Shown in pieces: positions 11,757 through 23,900 of a stretch of DNA of 64,000 nucleotides. Each line of letters opens with the position of its first letter. The first letter of the stretch is position 1. The position numbers were made by a program, and so were the translations under genes. The notes beneath the pieces are model-generated. The model searched no databases and was not told where the DNA came from. It was given only the letters and a program-made list of their open reading frames with translations. Where the stretch lies: the NCBI RefSeq assembly GCF_963921235.1, contig NC_086108.1, positions 112,842,001 through 112,906,000 of the forward strand, written 5' to 3'. The stretch is from Mobula hypostoma (taxonomy: Eukaryota).

Positions 11757-14700
11757 AAGGTCCAGAGGGGGTTACAGAGACAGGGAGGGGTGCAGGGGCT
11801 GGAGGGGGTTACAGAGACAGGGAGGGGCGTAGGTGCCAGAGGGGGTTGCAGAGACAGGGAGGAGTGTAGGAGCCAGAGGGGGTTACAGAGATGGGGGGGT
11901 GCAGGGGCCAAAGGGGCTTACAGAGACAAGGAGGGGTGTAGGGGCCGGAAGGGGTTTACAAAGACAGGGAGGGGCGTAGGGTCTGCAGGGGGTTACCGAG
12001 ACAGGGAGGGGTGTAGGGGCCAGAGGGGGTTACAGAGGCAGGAAGGGGTGTAGGGGCCGGAGGGGGTTACAGAGGCAGGGAGGGATATAGGGGCCAGAGG
12101 AGGTTACAGTGACAGGGAGGGGTGTGGGGGCCGGAAGGGGTTTACAAAGACAGGGAGGGGCGTAGGGTCTGGAGAGGGTTACCGAGACAGGGAGGGGCGT
12201 AGGGGCCAGAGGGGGTTACAGAGACAGGGAGGGATGTAGGGGCCAGAGGGTTTACAGAGACAGGGAGGGCTGTAGGGTCCAGAGGGGGTTACAGAGACAG
12301 GGAGGGGTGTAGGGTCCAGATGCGATTCCAGAGACAGGGAGGGGTGTAGGGGCCAGAGGGTTTACAGAGACAGGGAGGGGTGTAGGGGCCAGAAGGGGTT
12401 ACAGAGACAGGGAGGGGTGTAGGGGCCAGAGGGGGTTATAGAGATTGGGAGGGGTGTAGGAGCCAGAGGGGGTTACAGAGACGGGGGGGGAGGTGCAGGG
12501 GCCAAAAGGGCTTACAGAGACAGGGAGGGGTGTCGGGGCCGGAAGGGGTTTACAAAAACAGGGAGGGGCGCAGGGTCTGCAGGGTGTTACTGAGACAGGG
12601 AGGGGTATAGGTGCCAGAGGGGGTTACAGAGGCAGGAAGGGGTGTAGGGGCTGGAGGGGGATAAAGAGACAGGGAGGGGTGTAGGGTCCAGAGGCGATTC
12701 CAGAGACAGGGAGGGGTGTAGGGACCAGAAGGGGTTACAGAGGCAGGAAGGTGTGTAGGGGCCGGAGGGGATAAAGAGACAGGGAGGGGTGTAGGGTCCA
12801 GAGGCGATTCCAGAGACAGGGAGGGGTGTCGGGGCCAGAGGGGGTTACAGTGACAGGGAGAGGTGTAGGGTCCAGAGGCGATTACAGAGACAGGGAGGGG
12901 TGTAGGGGCCTGAGGGGATTACAGAGACAGGGAGGGATATAGGGGCCACAGGGGGATACAGTGACAGGGATGGGTGTAGGGGCCGGAAGGGGTTTACAAA
13001 GACAGGGAGGGGCGTAGGGTCTGGAGGGGTTTACCGAGACAGGGAGGGGCGTAGGGGCCAGAGGGGGTTACAGAGACAGGGAGGGATGTAGGGGCCAGAG
13101 GGGTTTACAGAGAAAGGGAGGGGCGTAGGTGCCAGAGGGGGTTATAGAGATTTAAGGGGTGTAAGGGCTTGAGGGAGTTACAGAGACAGGGAGGGGTGTA
13201 GGGGCCAGAGGGGGTTACAGAGACAGGGAGGGGTGCAGGTGCCAGAGGGGGTTACAGAGACAGGGAGGGGTGTAGGGGCCGGAAGGGGTTTACAAAGACA
13301 GGGAGGGGCGTAGGGTATGGAGGGGGTTACCGAGACAGGGAGGGGTGTAGGGGCCAGAGGGGGTTACAGAGGCAGGGAGATGTGTTGGGGCTGGAGGGTT
13401 TACTGAGACAGGGAGGGGTGTATGGTCCGAAGGGGTTTACAGAAACAGGGAGGGGTGTAGGGGCCGGAAGGGGTTTACAAAGACAGGGAGGGGCTTAGGG
13501 TCTGGAGGGGGTTACCAAGACAGGGAGGGCTATAGGGGCCTGAGGGGTTTACAGAGGCAGGGAGGGGTGTAGTGTCCGAAGGGGTTTATAGAGACAGGGA
13601 GGGGTGTGGGGGCTGGAGGGGGGTTACAGAGACAGGGAGGGGTGTAGGGGCCAGAGGGGGTTACAGAGACAGGGAGGGATGTAGGGTCCAGATGCGATTC
13701 CAGAGACAGGGAGGGGTGTAGGGTCCAGATGCGATTCCAGAGACAGGGAGGGGTGTAGGGGCTGCAGGGGGTTACAGAGACAGGGAGGGGTGTAGGGGCC
13801 AGAGGGTGTTACAGAGACAGGGAGGGGTGCAGGGGCCAGAGGGGGTTACAGAGGCAGGAAGGTGTGTAGGGGCCGGAGGGGGTTACAGAGACAGGGAGGG
13901 GTGTAGGGTCCAGAGGCGATTCCAGAGACAGGGAGGGGTGTCGGGGCCAGAGGGGGTTACAGAGACAGGGAGAGGTGTAGGGTCCAGAGGCGATTACAGA
14001 GACAGGGAGGGGTGTAGGGGCCTGAGGGGATTACAGAGACAGGGAGGGGTGTTGGGGCCTGAGGGGATTACAGAGACAGGGAGGGGTGCAGGAGCCAGAG
14101 AGGGTTACAGAGACAGAGAGGGATATAGGGGCCATAGGGGGTTACAGTGACAGGGAGGGGTGTAGGGTCTGGAGGGGTTTACCGAGACAGGGAGGGGCGT
14201 AGGGGCCAGAGGGGGTTACAGAGACAGGGAGGGATGTAGGGGCCAGAGGGGGTTACAGAGACTGGGAGGGGCGTAGGTGCCAGAGGGGGTTACAGAGATT
14301 TAAGGGGTGTAAGGGCTTGAGGGGGTTACAGAGACAGGGAGGGGTGTAGGGTCCGTAGGGGTTTACAGAGACAGGGAGGGGTGTAGGGGCCAGAGGGTGT
14401 TACAGAGACAGGGAGGGGTGCAGGGGCCAGAGGGGTTTACAGAGACAGGGAGGGGTGTAGGGGCCGGAAGGGGTTTACAAAGACAGGGAGGGGCGTAGGG
14501 TCTGGAGGGGTTAACCGAGACAGGGAGGGGTGTAGGGGCCAGAGAGGGTTACAGAGGCAGGGAGGGGCGTAGGTGCCACAGGGGGTTATAGAGATTGGGA
14601 GGAGTGTAGGAACCAGAGGGGGTTACAGAGACAGGGAGGGGTGTAGGGTCTGGAAGGGGTTTACAAAGACAGGGAGGGGTGTAGGGTCTGGAGGGGGTTA

Positions 14701-17700
14701 CCGAGACAGGGAGGAGTGTAGGGGCCTGAGGGGGTTACAGAGGCAGGGAGGGGTGTAGGGGCTGAAGGGGGTTACAGAGACAGGGAGGGGTGTAGGGGCC
14801 AGAGGGGGTTACAAAGGCAGGAAGGGGTGTAAGGGCCGGAGGGGGTTTCAGAGACAGGGAGGGGTGTAGGGTCCAGAGGCGATTCCAGAGACAGGGAGGG
14901 GTGCAGGAGCCAGAGGGGGTTACAGAGACAGGGAGGGATGTAGGGGCCAGAGGGTTTACAGAGACAGGGAGGGGTGTAGGGTCTGGAGGGGGTTACCAAG
15001 ACAGGGAGGGGTGTAGGGGCCTGAGGGGGTTACAGAGGCAGGGTGGGGTGTAGGGTCCGAAGCGGTTTACAGAGACAGGGAGGGGTGTAGGGGCCAGAGG
15101 GGGTTACAGAGACAGGGAGGGATGTAGGGTCCAGATGCGATTCCAGAGACAGGGAGGGGTGTAGGGTCCAGATGCGATTCCAGAGACAGGGAGGGGTGTA
15201 GGGGCTGCAGGGGGTTACAGAGACAGGGAGGGGTGTAGGGGCCAGAGGGTGTTACAGAGACAGGGAGGGGTGCAGGAGCCAGAGAGGGTTACAGAGACAG
15301 AGAGGGATATAGGGGCCATAGGGGGTTACAGTGACAGGGAGGGGTGTAAGGTCTGGAGGGGTTTACCGAGACAGGGAGGGGCGTAGGGGCCAGAGGGGGT
15401 TACAGAGACAGGGAGGGATGTAGGGGCCAGAGGGGGTTACAGAGACTGGGAGGGGCGTAGGTGCCAGAGGGGGTTACAGAGATTTAAGGGGTGTAAGGGC
15501 TTGAGGGGGTTACAGAGACAGGGAGGGGTGTATGGTCCGAAGGGGTTTACAGAGACAAGGAGGGGTGTAGGGGCCAGAGGGTGTTACAGAGACAGGGAGG
15601 GGTGCAGGGGCCAGAGGGGTTTACAGAGACAGGGAGGGGTGTAGGGGCCGGAAGGGGTTTACAAAGACAGGGAGGGGCGTAGGGTCTGGAGGGGTTAACC
15701 GAGACAGGGAGGGGTGTAGGGGCCAGAGAGGGTTACAGAGGCAGGGAGGGGCGTAGGTGCCACAGGGGGTTATAGAGATTGGGAGGAGTGTAGGAACCAG
15801 AGGGGGTTACAGAGACAGGGAGGGGTGTAGGGTCTGGAAGGGGTTTACAAAGACAGGGAGGGGTGTAGGGTCTGGAGGGGGTTACCGAGACAGGGAGGAG
15901 TGTAGGGGCCTGAGGGGGTTACAGAGGCAGGGAGGGGTGTAGGGGCTGAAGGGGGTTACAGAGACAGGGAGGGGTGTAGGGGCCAGAGGGGGTTACAAAG
16001 GCAGGAAGAGGTGTAAGGGCCGGAGGGGGTTACAGAGACAGGGAGGGGTGTAGGGTCCAGAGGCGATTCCAGAGACAGGGAGGGGTGCAGGAGCCAGAGG
16101 GGGTTACAGAGACAGGGAGGGATGTAGGGGCCAGAGGGTTTACAGAGACAGGGAGGGGTGTAGGGTCTGGAGGGGGTTACCAAGACAGGGAGGGGTGTAG
16201 GGGCCTGAGGGGGTTACAGAGGCAGGGTGGGGTGTAGGGTCCGAAGCGGTTTACAGAGACAGGGAGGGGTGTGGGGGCTGGAGGGGGGTTACAGAGACAG
16301 GGAGGGGTGTAGGGGCCGGAGGGGGTTACAGAGACAGGGAGGGGTGTAGGGGCCAGAGAGGGTTACAGAGGCAGGGAGGGGCGTAAGTGCCACAGGGGGT
16401 TATAGAGATTGGGAGGAGTGTAGGAGCCAGAGGGAGTTACAGAGACGGGGGGGGTGCAGGGGCCAAAGGGGCTTACAGAGACAGGGAGGGGTGTAGGGGC
16501 TGTAAGGGGTTTACAAAGACAGGGAGGGGTGTAGGGTCTGGAGGGGGTTACCGAGACAGGGAGGAGTGTAGGGGCCTGAGGGGGTTACAGAGACAGGGAG
16601 GGGTGTAGGGGCCAGAGGGGGTTACAAAGGCAGGAAGGGGTGTAAGGGCCGGAGGGGGTTACAGAGACAGGGAGGGGTGTAGGGTCCAGAGGCGATTCCA
16701 GAGACAGGGAGGGGTGCAGTAGCCAGAGGGGGTTACAGAGACAGAGAGGGATGTAGGGGCCAGAGGGTTTACAGAGACAGGGAGGGGTGTAGGGTCCAAA
16801 GGGGTTTACAGAGACAGGGAGGGGTGTAGGGGCCAGAGGGGGTTACAGAGACAGGGAGGGGTGCAGGGGCCAGAGGGTGTTACAGAGACCGGGAGGGGTG
16901 CAGGTGCCAGAGGGGGTTACAGAGACAGGGAGGGGTGCAGGGGCCAATGGGGGGTTTACAAAGACAGGGAGGGGCGTAGGGTCTGGAGGGGGTTACCAAG
17001 ACAGGGAGGGGTGTAGGGGCCTGAGGGGGTTACAGAGGCAGGGTGGGGTGTAGGGTCCGAAGCGGTTTACAGAGATAGGGAGGGGTGTGGGGGCTGGAGT
17101 GGGGTTACAGAGACTGGGAGGGGTGTATGGTCCGAAGGGGTTTACAGAGACAGGGAGGGGTGTAGGGGCCAGAGGGTGTTACAGAGACAGGGAGGGGTGC
17201 AGGGGCCAGAGGGGTTTACAAAGACAGGGAGGGGTGTAGGGGCCGGAAGGGGTTTACAAAGACAGGGAGGGGTGTGTGGGCTGGAGGGGGGTTACAGAGA
17301 CAGGGAGGGGTGTAGGTGCCGGAGGGGGTTACAGAGACAGGGAGGGATGTAGGGGCCAGAGGGTTTACAGAGACAGGGAGGGGTGTAGGGTCCGAAGGGG
17401 TTTACAGAGACAGAGAGGGGTGTAGGGGCCAGAACGTGTTACAGAGACAGGGAGGGGTGTAGGGCCCAGAGGGGGTTACAGAGACAGGGAGGGGTGTAGG
17501 GGCCGGAAGGGGTTTACAAAGACAGGGAGGGGCGTAGGGTCTGGAGGAGGTTACCGAGACAGGGTGGGGTATAGGGGCCAGAGAGGGTTACAGAGGCAGG
17601 GAGGGGCGTAGGAGCCAGTGGGGGTTACAGAGAGGGTGGGGGGTGCAGGGGCTAAAGGGGCTTACAGAGTCAGGGAGGGATGTAGGGGCCGGAAGGGGTT

Positions 17701-18920
17701 TACAAAGACAGGGAGGGGCGTAGGGTCTGCAGGGGGTTACCGAGACAGGGAGGGGTGTAGGGGCCAGAGGGGGTTACAGAGGCAGGAAGGGGTGTAGGGG
17801 CTGGAGGGGGTTACAGAGGCAGGGAGGGGTGTAGGGGCTGAAGGGGGTTACAGAGACAGGGAGGGGTGTAGGGGCCAGAGGGGGTTACAGAGGCAGGAAG
17901 GGGTGTAAGGGCCGTCGGGGGTTACAGAGACAGGGAGGGGTGTAGGGTCCAGAGGCGATTCCAGAGACAGGGAGGGGTGCAGGAGCCAGAGGGGTTTACA
18001 GAGACAGGGAGGGATGTAGGGGCCAGAGGGTTTACAGAGACAGGGAGGGGTGTAGGGGCCAGAGGGGGTTACAAAGACAGGAAGGGGTGTAAGGACCGGA
18101 GGGGGTTACAGAGACAGGGAGGGGTGTAGGGTCCAGAGGCGATTCCAGAGACAGGGAGGGGTGCAGGAGCCAGAGGGGGTTACAGAGACAGAGAGGGATG
18201 TAGGGGCCAGAGGGTTTACAGAGACAGGGAGGGGTGTGGGGTCCAAAGGGGTTTACAGAGACAGGGAGGGGTGTAGGGGCCGGAAGGGGGTTACCAAGAC
18301 AGGGAGGGGTGTAGGGGCCTGAGGGGGTTACAGAGGCAGGGAGGGGTGTAGGGTCCGAAGGGGTTTACAGAGACAGGGAGGGGTGTGGGGGCTGGAGGGG
18401 GGTTACAGAGACAGGGAGGGGTGTAGAGACTGGAGGGGGTTACAGAGACGGGGAGGGGTGTAGGGTCCAGAGGCGATTCCAGAGACAGGGAGGGGTGTAG
18501 GGGCCTGAGGGGATTACAGAGACAGGGAGGGGTGTTGGGGCCTGAGGGGATTACAGAGACAGGGAGGGGTGCAGGAGCCAGAGAGGGTTACAGAGACAGA
18601 GAGGGATATAGGGGCCATAGGGGGTTACAGTGACAGGGAGGGGTGTAGGGTCTGGAGGGGTTTACCGAGACAGGGAGGGGCGTAGGGGCCCGAGAGGGTT
18701 ACAGAGGCAGGGAGGGGTTTAGGGGCTGGAGGAGGTTACAGAGACAGGGAGGGGTGTAGGGTCCTGACGGGGTTACAGAGAGGGGGAAGGGTGTAGGGTC
18801 CGGAGGGTGTTGCAGATACAGGGAGGAGTGTAGTGTCCGGAGGGGGTTACTGAGTGGGGGAAGGGTGTAGGGTCTGGAGGGAATTACAGAGGGGGCGTGT
18901 AGGGTCTGGAGGGGGTTACA
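11757..18920. repeat. About 7.1-kb G-rich satellite with a 37-bp unit (GAGACAGGGAGGGGTGTAGGGGCCAGAGGGGGTTACA) in ZNHIT6 intron 5
   Basis: Directly visible tandem array of roughly 190 variant units. Confidence 0.98.
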
Positions 18921-20400
18921 GCTGGAGGCGGTAACAAAAACATGTAAGTATAGGGGCAGGTGGGGTTTATGGAGATGGGGAGGGGTGTTTTAGGCTGGGG
19001 TTGGGGCTGGTGGAGGAACTGAGATTATGGACAGTGTAAGAGTGTTGAGAGGTGACGGGGCAGGGGGAGGAATGAAGCCAGGGAACATGGGATGGATGGA
19101 TTCACCAGTCCTGACCCCATCCCTATCACTGTCCTCAGAACATGGAGTCCACAGCTGCTCCCCCCATCACTGCAGCACGTGTGGGGCAGGGAGTGAGCTC
19201 AGTGCTTTTCCACACATGTACTCCCACTCCTCTGGCAAAAAAGCCCTTTTCCAGGAAGGAAGCTATTTATAGAAAACTGCAACAACGGGCCCAATAGAAA
19301 GAGGATGATTGATTGCCCAGATGTGATCCTCGTTACTGGAAAGGCACTAAAGTACAGATCCTACTGACCTTGGTCACCCAACCAATCAGAATAAAGGAAA
19401 ACAATTTCCACCCAGACATTGTTGATGAAGCAACGCACCAAAAGGACATCACATTTATCATCCAACCTCAAATGCTAGTAGTTACTGAGACTCCTGATCA
19501 GAGTTTAACCAGTTACTGATGGGTCAAACCAAACTGTCTCTCTGACAGGGTCACCTCCCTCTGTACTGCCCCTTTCAAATTCATTCGAATACCAAAGACA
19601 TCCAAAGGTCAGGGGTTACAATAAAGCTACTGACTTCAAATTAAAATACAGCTATTACCACCTATAATAAACTTAATTCTGTTCGTGGAAGCATTGACTG
19701 AACCCAGAATGGTCGCATGCTCCCTCTCCAAGGAGGCCCTGGCACAAACGTAGCCCCAGCGAAGGGACAGGCAGTCAGCTCATGCAGTGCCCTCGACAGC
19801 CCGCTGCCTGGACCCGCGAATGGGCATCTTGGCCAGGCCCAGCGAGTTGGCCACATCCAACGAGTGACGCCCCCCACCCCCAGCCTCCCGTACTGGGTGC
19901 CCATAAACCAGGAGTGCAGCCAGAACGAGAGGAGCAGCCCCTTCAGATATTCAAACCGGGGCTGCAACCCCTCGGGCTCCATGTGGACATGGTACCTGAC
20001 TCCTCCCGTCCACAGGAAGGACAGGTGGACGGGGTATCAGTGAACCTGCCCAGGAATCTATTACACGGTACTGCCCTGTGCAACACCCCCCACCCCAGAT
20101 CCCAACGTACAGGGGAAACACGCCCGCATGGAGAGACGTCCACTAGGGACCCCCTTCACTGCCTGGTGATAAGACAGACCGCCACGGCGTGTCCATACGG
20201 CAGGAGAGGGCAATGAAGTGAAAAGTGTGCAGGATCAGCTGGTACGGGAATCATCTCAGCACGTCGAGGAGTGACACGGCAGACATCTCCACGAGGCAGC
20301 ACATGCTGTGCGGAACTGGCTCCTGAAGGAGATCTCGGGGTTCGTGTCCCATGAGCGCCTCCGGTGGAGCAGGGGTTGGTGCGGCCATAGCCAGTTCACT

Positions 20401-20940
20401 TCGCCGGCCGCCCTCACGGGACGGGAAACCGTCTCGCCGGCCGCCCTCACGGGACGGGAAACCGTCTCGCCGGCCGTCCTCACGGGACGGGAAACCGTCT
20501 CGCCGGCCGTCCTCACGGGACGGGAAACGGTCTCCCTAGCCGCCCTCACGGGACGGGAAACGGTCTCGCCAGCCGCCCTCACGGGACGGGAAACAATCTT
20601 GCCGGCCGCCCTCACGGGACGGGAAACCGTCTCGCCGGCCGTCCTCACGGGATGGGAAACGATCTCTCCAGCCGCCCTCATGGGACGGGAAACGGTCTCC
20701 CCAGCCACCCTCATGGGACGGGAAACCGTCTCGCCAGCCGCCCTCACGGGACGGGAAACGGTCTCCCTAGCCGCCCTCACGGGACGGGAAACGGTCTCGC
20801 CAGCCGCCCTCACGGGACGGGAAACAATCTTGCCGGCCGCCCTCACGGGACGGGAAACGGTCTCCCCAGCCGCCCTCACGGGACGGGAAACGGTCTCGCC
20901 AGCCGCCCTCACGGGATGGGAAACGATCTCGCCAGCTGCC
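20401..20940. repeat. 33-bp CpG-rich minisatellite, about 16 units (TCGCCGGCCGCCCTCACGGGACGGGAAACCGTC), inside Tx1 ORF2
   Basis: Directly visible; produces the 11-aa repeat ORFs on both strands. Confidence 0.97.
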
Positions 20941-23900
20941 CGAGCGCCTACCCCCGCAGGCTCAGGAGGACTCTGACCGGAGGAGACCCTACTGGACCTG
21001 CAGTAGCTCCCGGTAAAAACCTGTCAGCTCTCGCACAGCGAAGCAGCTGGGGCTTGCCGCCGGAAGCTGTGCACCCTCCTGAGGGCAAAGCCCCCGGTGG
21101 AGTAACGCTGCGCCAGTGCGTGCCTCCACGGAGGGTGCTTGGAGAACATGAGACAGAGACAGAGAGCAGCCATCTGGGTACATACACTCACCAGTGACTG
21201 ACCCCCTCCCCAACAGGAAGACTCTGGACCAGAGCAGGGACCATTGCTTCCCGTCATCCCAGAAGCCCACCAACTTTCTCTGGGTCCTCTCTGTCCACAT
21301 ACAGTGACCAGCCGGTACCAAAGCATGGAGGTTACCAACTGGCTGATGACCACCAACCTGCCCCGGTACAAGATTGCGCAGAGTAGACCTGACCATCGTT
21401 CCAGTTGGGCAGAGACTTTTGTCTCTAAGTCCCAACACTTAGAACATCAGTTCACCAGCCAAGAATCCAGAATGGAGCTCAGGTAGACCCCCAGAGAGAG
21501 GAGGTGCATGGTACTCCACACATATGGTCTTAGCTCCTCTGGTAGCAAGTCCATTTCCCACTGACCCACTAAAAGACCGAGCACTTTCTCCAGTTGACCC
21601 TGGCAGAGGATGCGGCTGAGAAGACCCTCTGGCAGTCTTGCATCCTCTGTAGGCCAACAGGGTCGGTGATCAAGGAGGACATCCTTGGCATAGGCCTAAA
21701 GGATTACCTTCATCTCCGGCTCGCGCAGAGCCTCAGACTCTCAACCGCTTCCGAAGAAAGCACAGAAAAGGCTGTATGCAGACAGAGTACACATGCCCCG
21801 ACGTTGGGAGCCGTTTCACCCCCCCCAAAACAAAATGGTGCTGCCAATGATCCATTGACCTTTATCAGGAACTCCACAACAGCATACGGCAGATGGACAC
21901 AGGCAGCAAAATGTGGTCAGAGTCCCGAGGAGGTAGTCATGATCCATCGTCTTCTCCTGACCGAGAGAGAGAATAGTGACCGACAGGCCAGACTCATGAG
22001 ACAGGTGGATCAGGTCCTGGACAAGGTGGACTTTGTCCTCAATGGACTGGACTGGGACCATGCAGAACTGGACTGGGTGGATCATTTGGGACAGTATGGA
22101 GTCCAGGTGACTGGTCATTACCCGGGCAAAGATCTTATATCCTGTGCACAGGGGGGACACTGGGTGCCAATTCTTCAGGTGGCAAAGATCTCCCTTCAGC
22201 ATCAGGACCACGACCACCTTACGCCAAGTGAGGAGCATTTCACCTATCGCCAAACTTTCACCCAGGATCCTGTTGTAATCAGCACCCAGCATGTCCCAGA
22301 AGGCTCTGAGGAATTCCACAGTCAGCCCGTCCAACCCTAGGGACCTGCCTTCTCATAGCTGGTTGGAGGCACCAATCAGTTCCTCCAGTGACAGGGGAGA
22401 GTCCAGTTGCTGGGCAGACTCTGGGTTGACCTTTGGCAGGTCCTCCCACAGTGCTCCTACTCACTTGCTGGATCTGATAACAGTTACATAAAGTAAGTGA
22501 ATTTTTTGTTTTACAGTTCTCACCGGATCAGTGAGGGAGGAGCCATCTTCTACCAGCAGCTCCACCAACCCTCCACACATCCAGAGAGTAGTAAAAGAAA
22601 GGTGAGGCACGGCCCAGATCTTGCAACAGCTCGATCCCTGACCTTTGTAAAGTACCTCGGAACCCCTCGAGCCACAGGTCCCTCAGTGCTTCCCTCTTCC
22701 CCTGTACTTCTGCCGAAGGAGCGGGGCCCCGTGGATGGGGTCATCTGATACTCCAGATCAAGCAGCTCTTTCTCAACCCGCTCGATCTGGGACACTTGCT
22801 TCCTGTTTGACCTTTGGCGTATTCCTTGCAAAAAAAAACAAAAAAAAAAGTTGGATGTGAGCTTTGCCCACGTCCCACCAGAGCGGTGGGCACAGGCGGT
22901 GGTTCTAGAATGGCACGGGCCACTGACCCACGGGAGACCTGCACTCCGGAAAAGTTCAGTCTGTTGAGTCACGAACCTCCTCCTCCAAATCAAATCAAAG
23001 GATCCAACTAGCTTGCTCAACAGCTGCACTGACACTCGACTGCTCTGAGGACCAGAGCCATCTCTCTCCTCGAGGGTAGTTAAAATCCCTCCCGAGGCCG
23101 ACGCACTTGCCTCTGTCAATGGAGCCAACAGCACAGGCATCTCACACAACAAGCACGCCTGCATCGGGCCGGGCTCAGGGGCGTACACGGTAACCAAGTG
23201 TAACACTACGCCAACAATATCGCCACCCTGCTCGAACTGGAGCTGGGGTGGCTCATCTAGACCCTCCCACACCAATCCAGGAGCCAGATGGATTCATCTC
23301 CCGGAAAGGTGTGTGATTCCTGCAGGAAGCTCAGCACGCATCTCTGTTCCCCGAGGACCGAGAGACAATGGATGACGTACCTCTGCATAATCAGCCCACA
23401 GGATGTCCCAGATGGCTCAGAGAAATTCATCAGTCGACCCTCCCAGTGCCGGGGATTTGCTTCTCTACAGCTGCCTCAGGGCACTGGTCAGCTCCACCAG
23501 AGACAGCACCGAGACACTCAGCACCCCCAGGGCCGACCCTCGGCAAGTCCGCTGCTCATCCTCACTGCACCGGTCTGGTGAGAAGACAGCCTCATAAAAG
23601 GAATGCATTTCCACAACAATTCTGGCGGGTCGTGACGGTGGAACCATGCTCTACCAGTGACTCCACAAGCTGCCTGTGGACACCCCTCCCCTTCGACAGA
23701 GAGTAGAAGAAGGGCGAGGTGAGGTCCAGATCCTGCAGCATCAAGACCCGCGACCTCACGTAAGCACCTCGGGACCTCGCAAGCTGTAGGTGCCTCAGCG
23801 CCTCCTTCTACCTCCGGTGCTCATCCCAGAGGGGCTGGTCCCCATCGGTTAGCCCTCGCCGGGACTCCAAGTCCACCAGCTCCTTCTTGAGCCGATCGAT

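Noticed and set aside
11672..16608. Gly/Arg-rich ORFs in the satellite
   Set aside because: Translation artefacts of a 37-bp repeat whose length is not a multiple of 3
20401..20940. CRISPR-like array (palindromic repeat containing GAAAC)
   Set aside because: Units are head-to-tail with no unique spacers, there are no cas genes, and the context is a eukaryotic LINE
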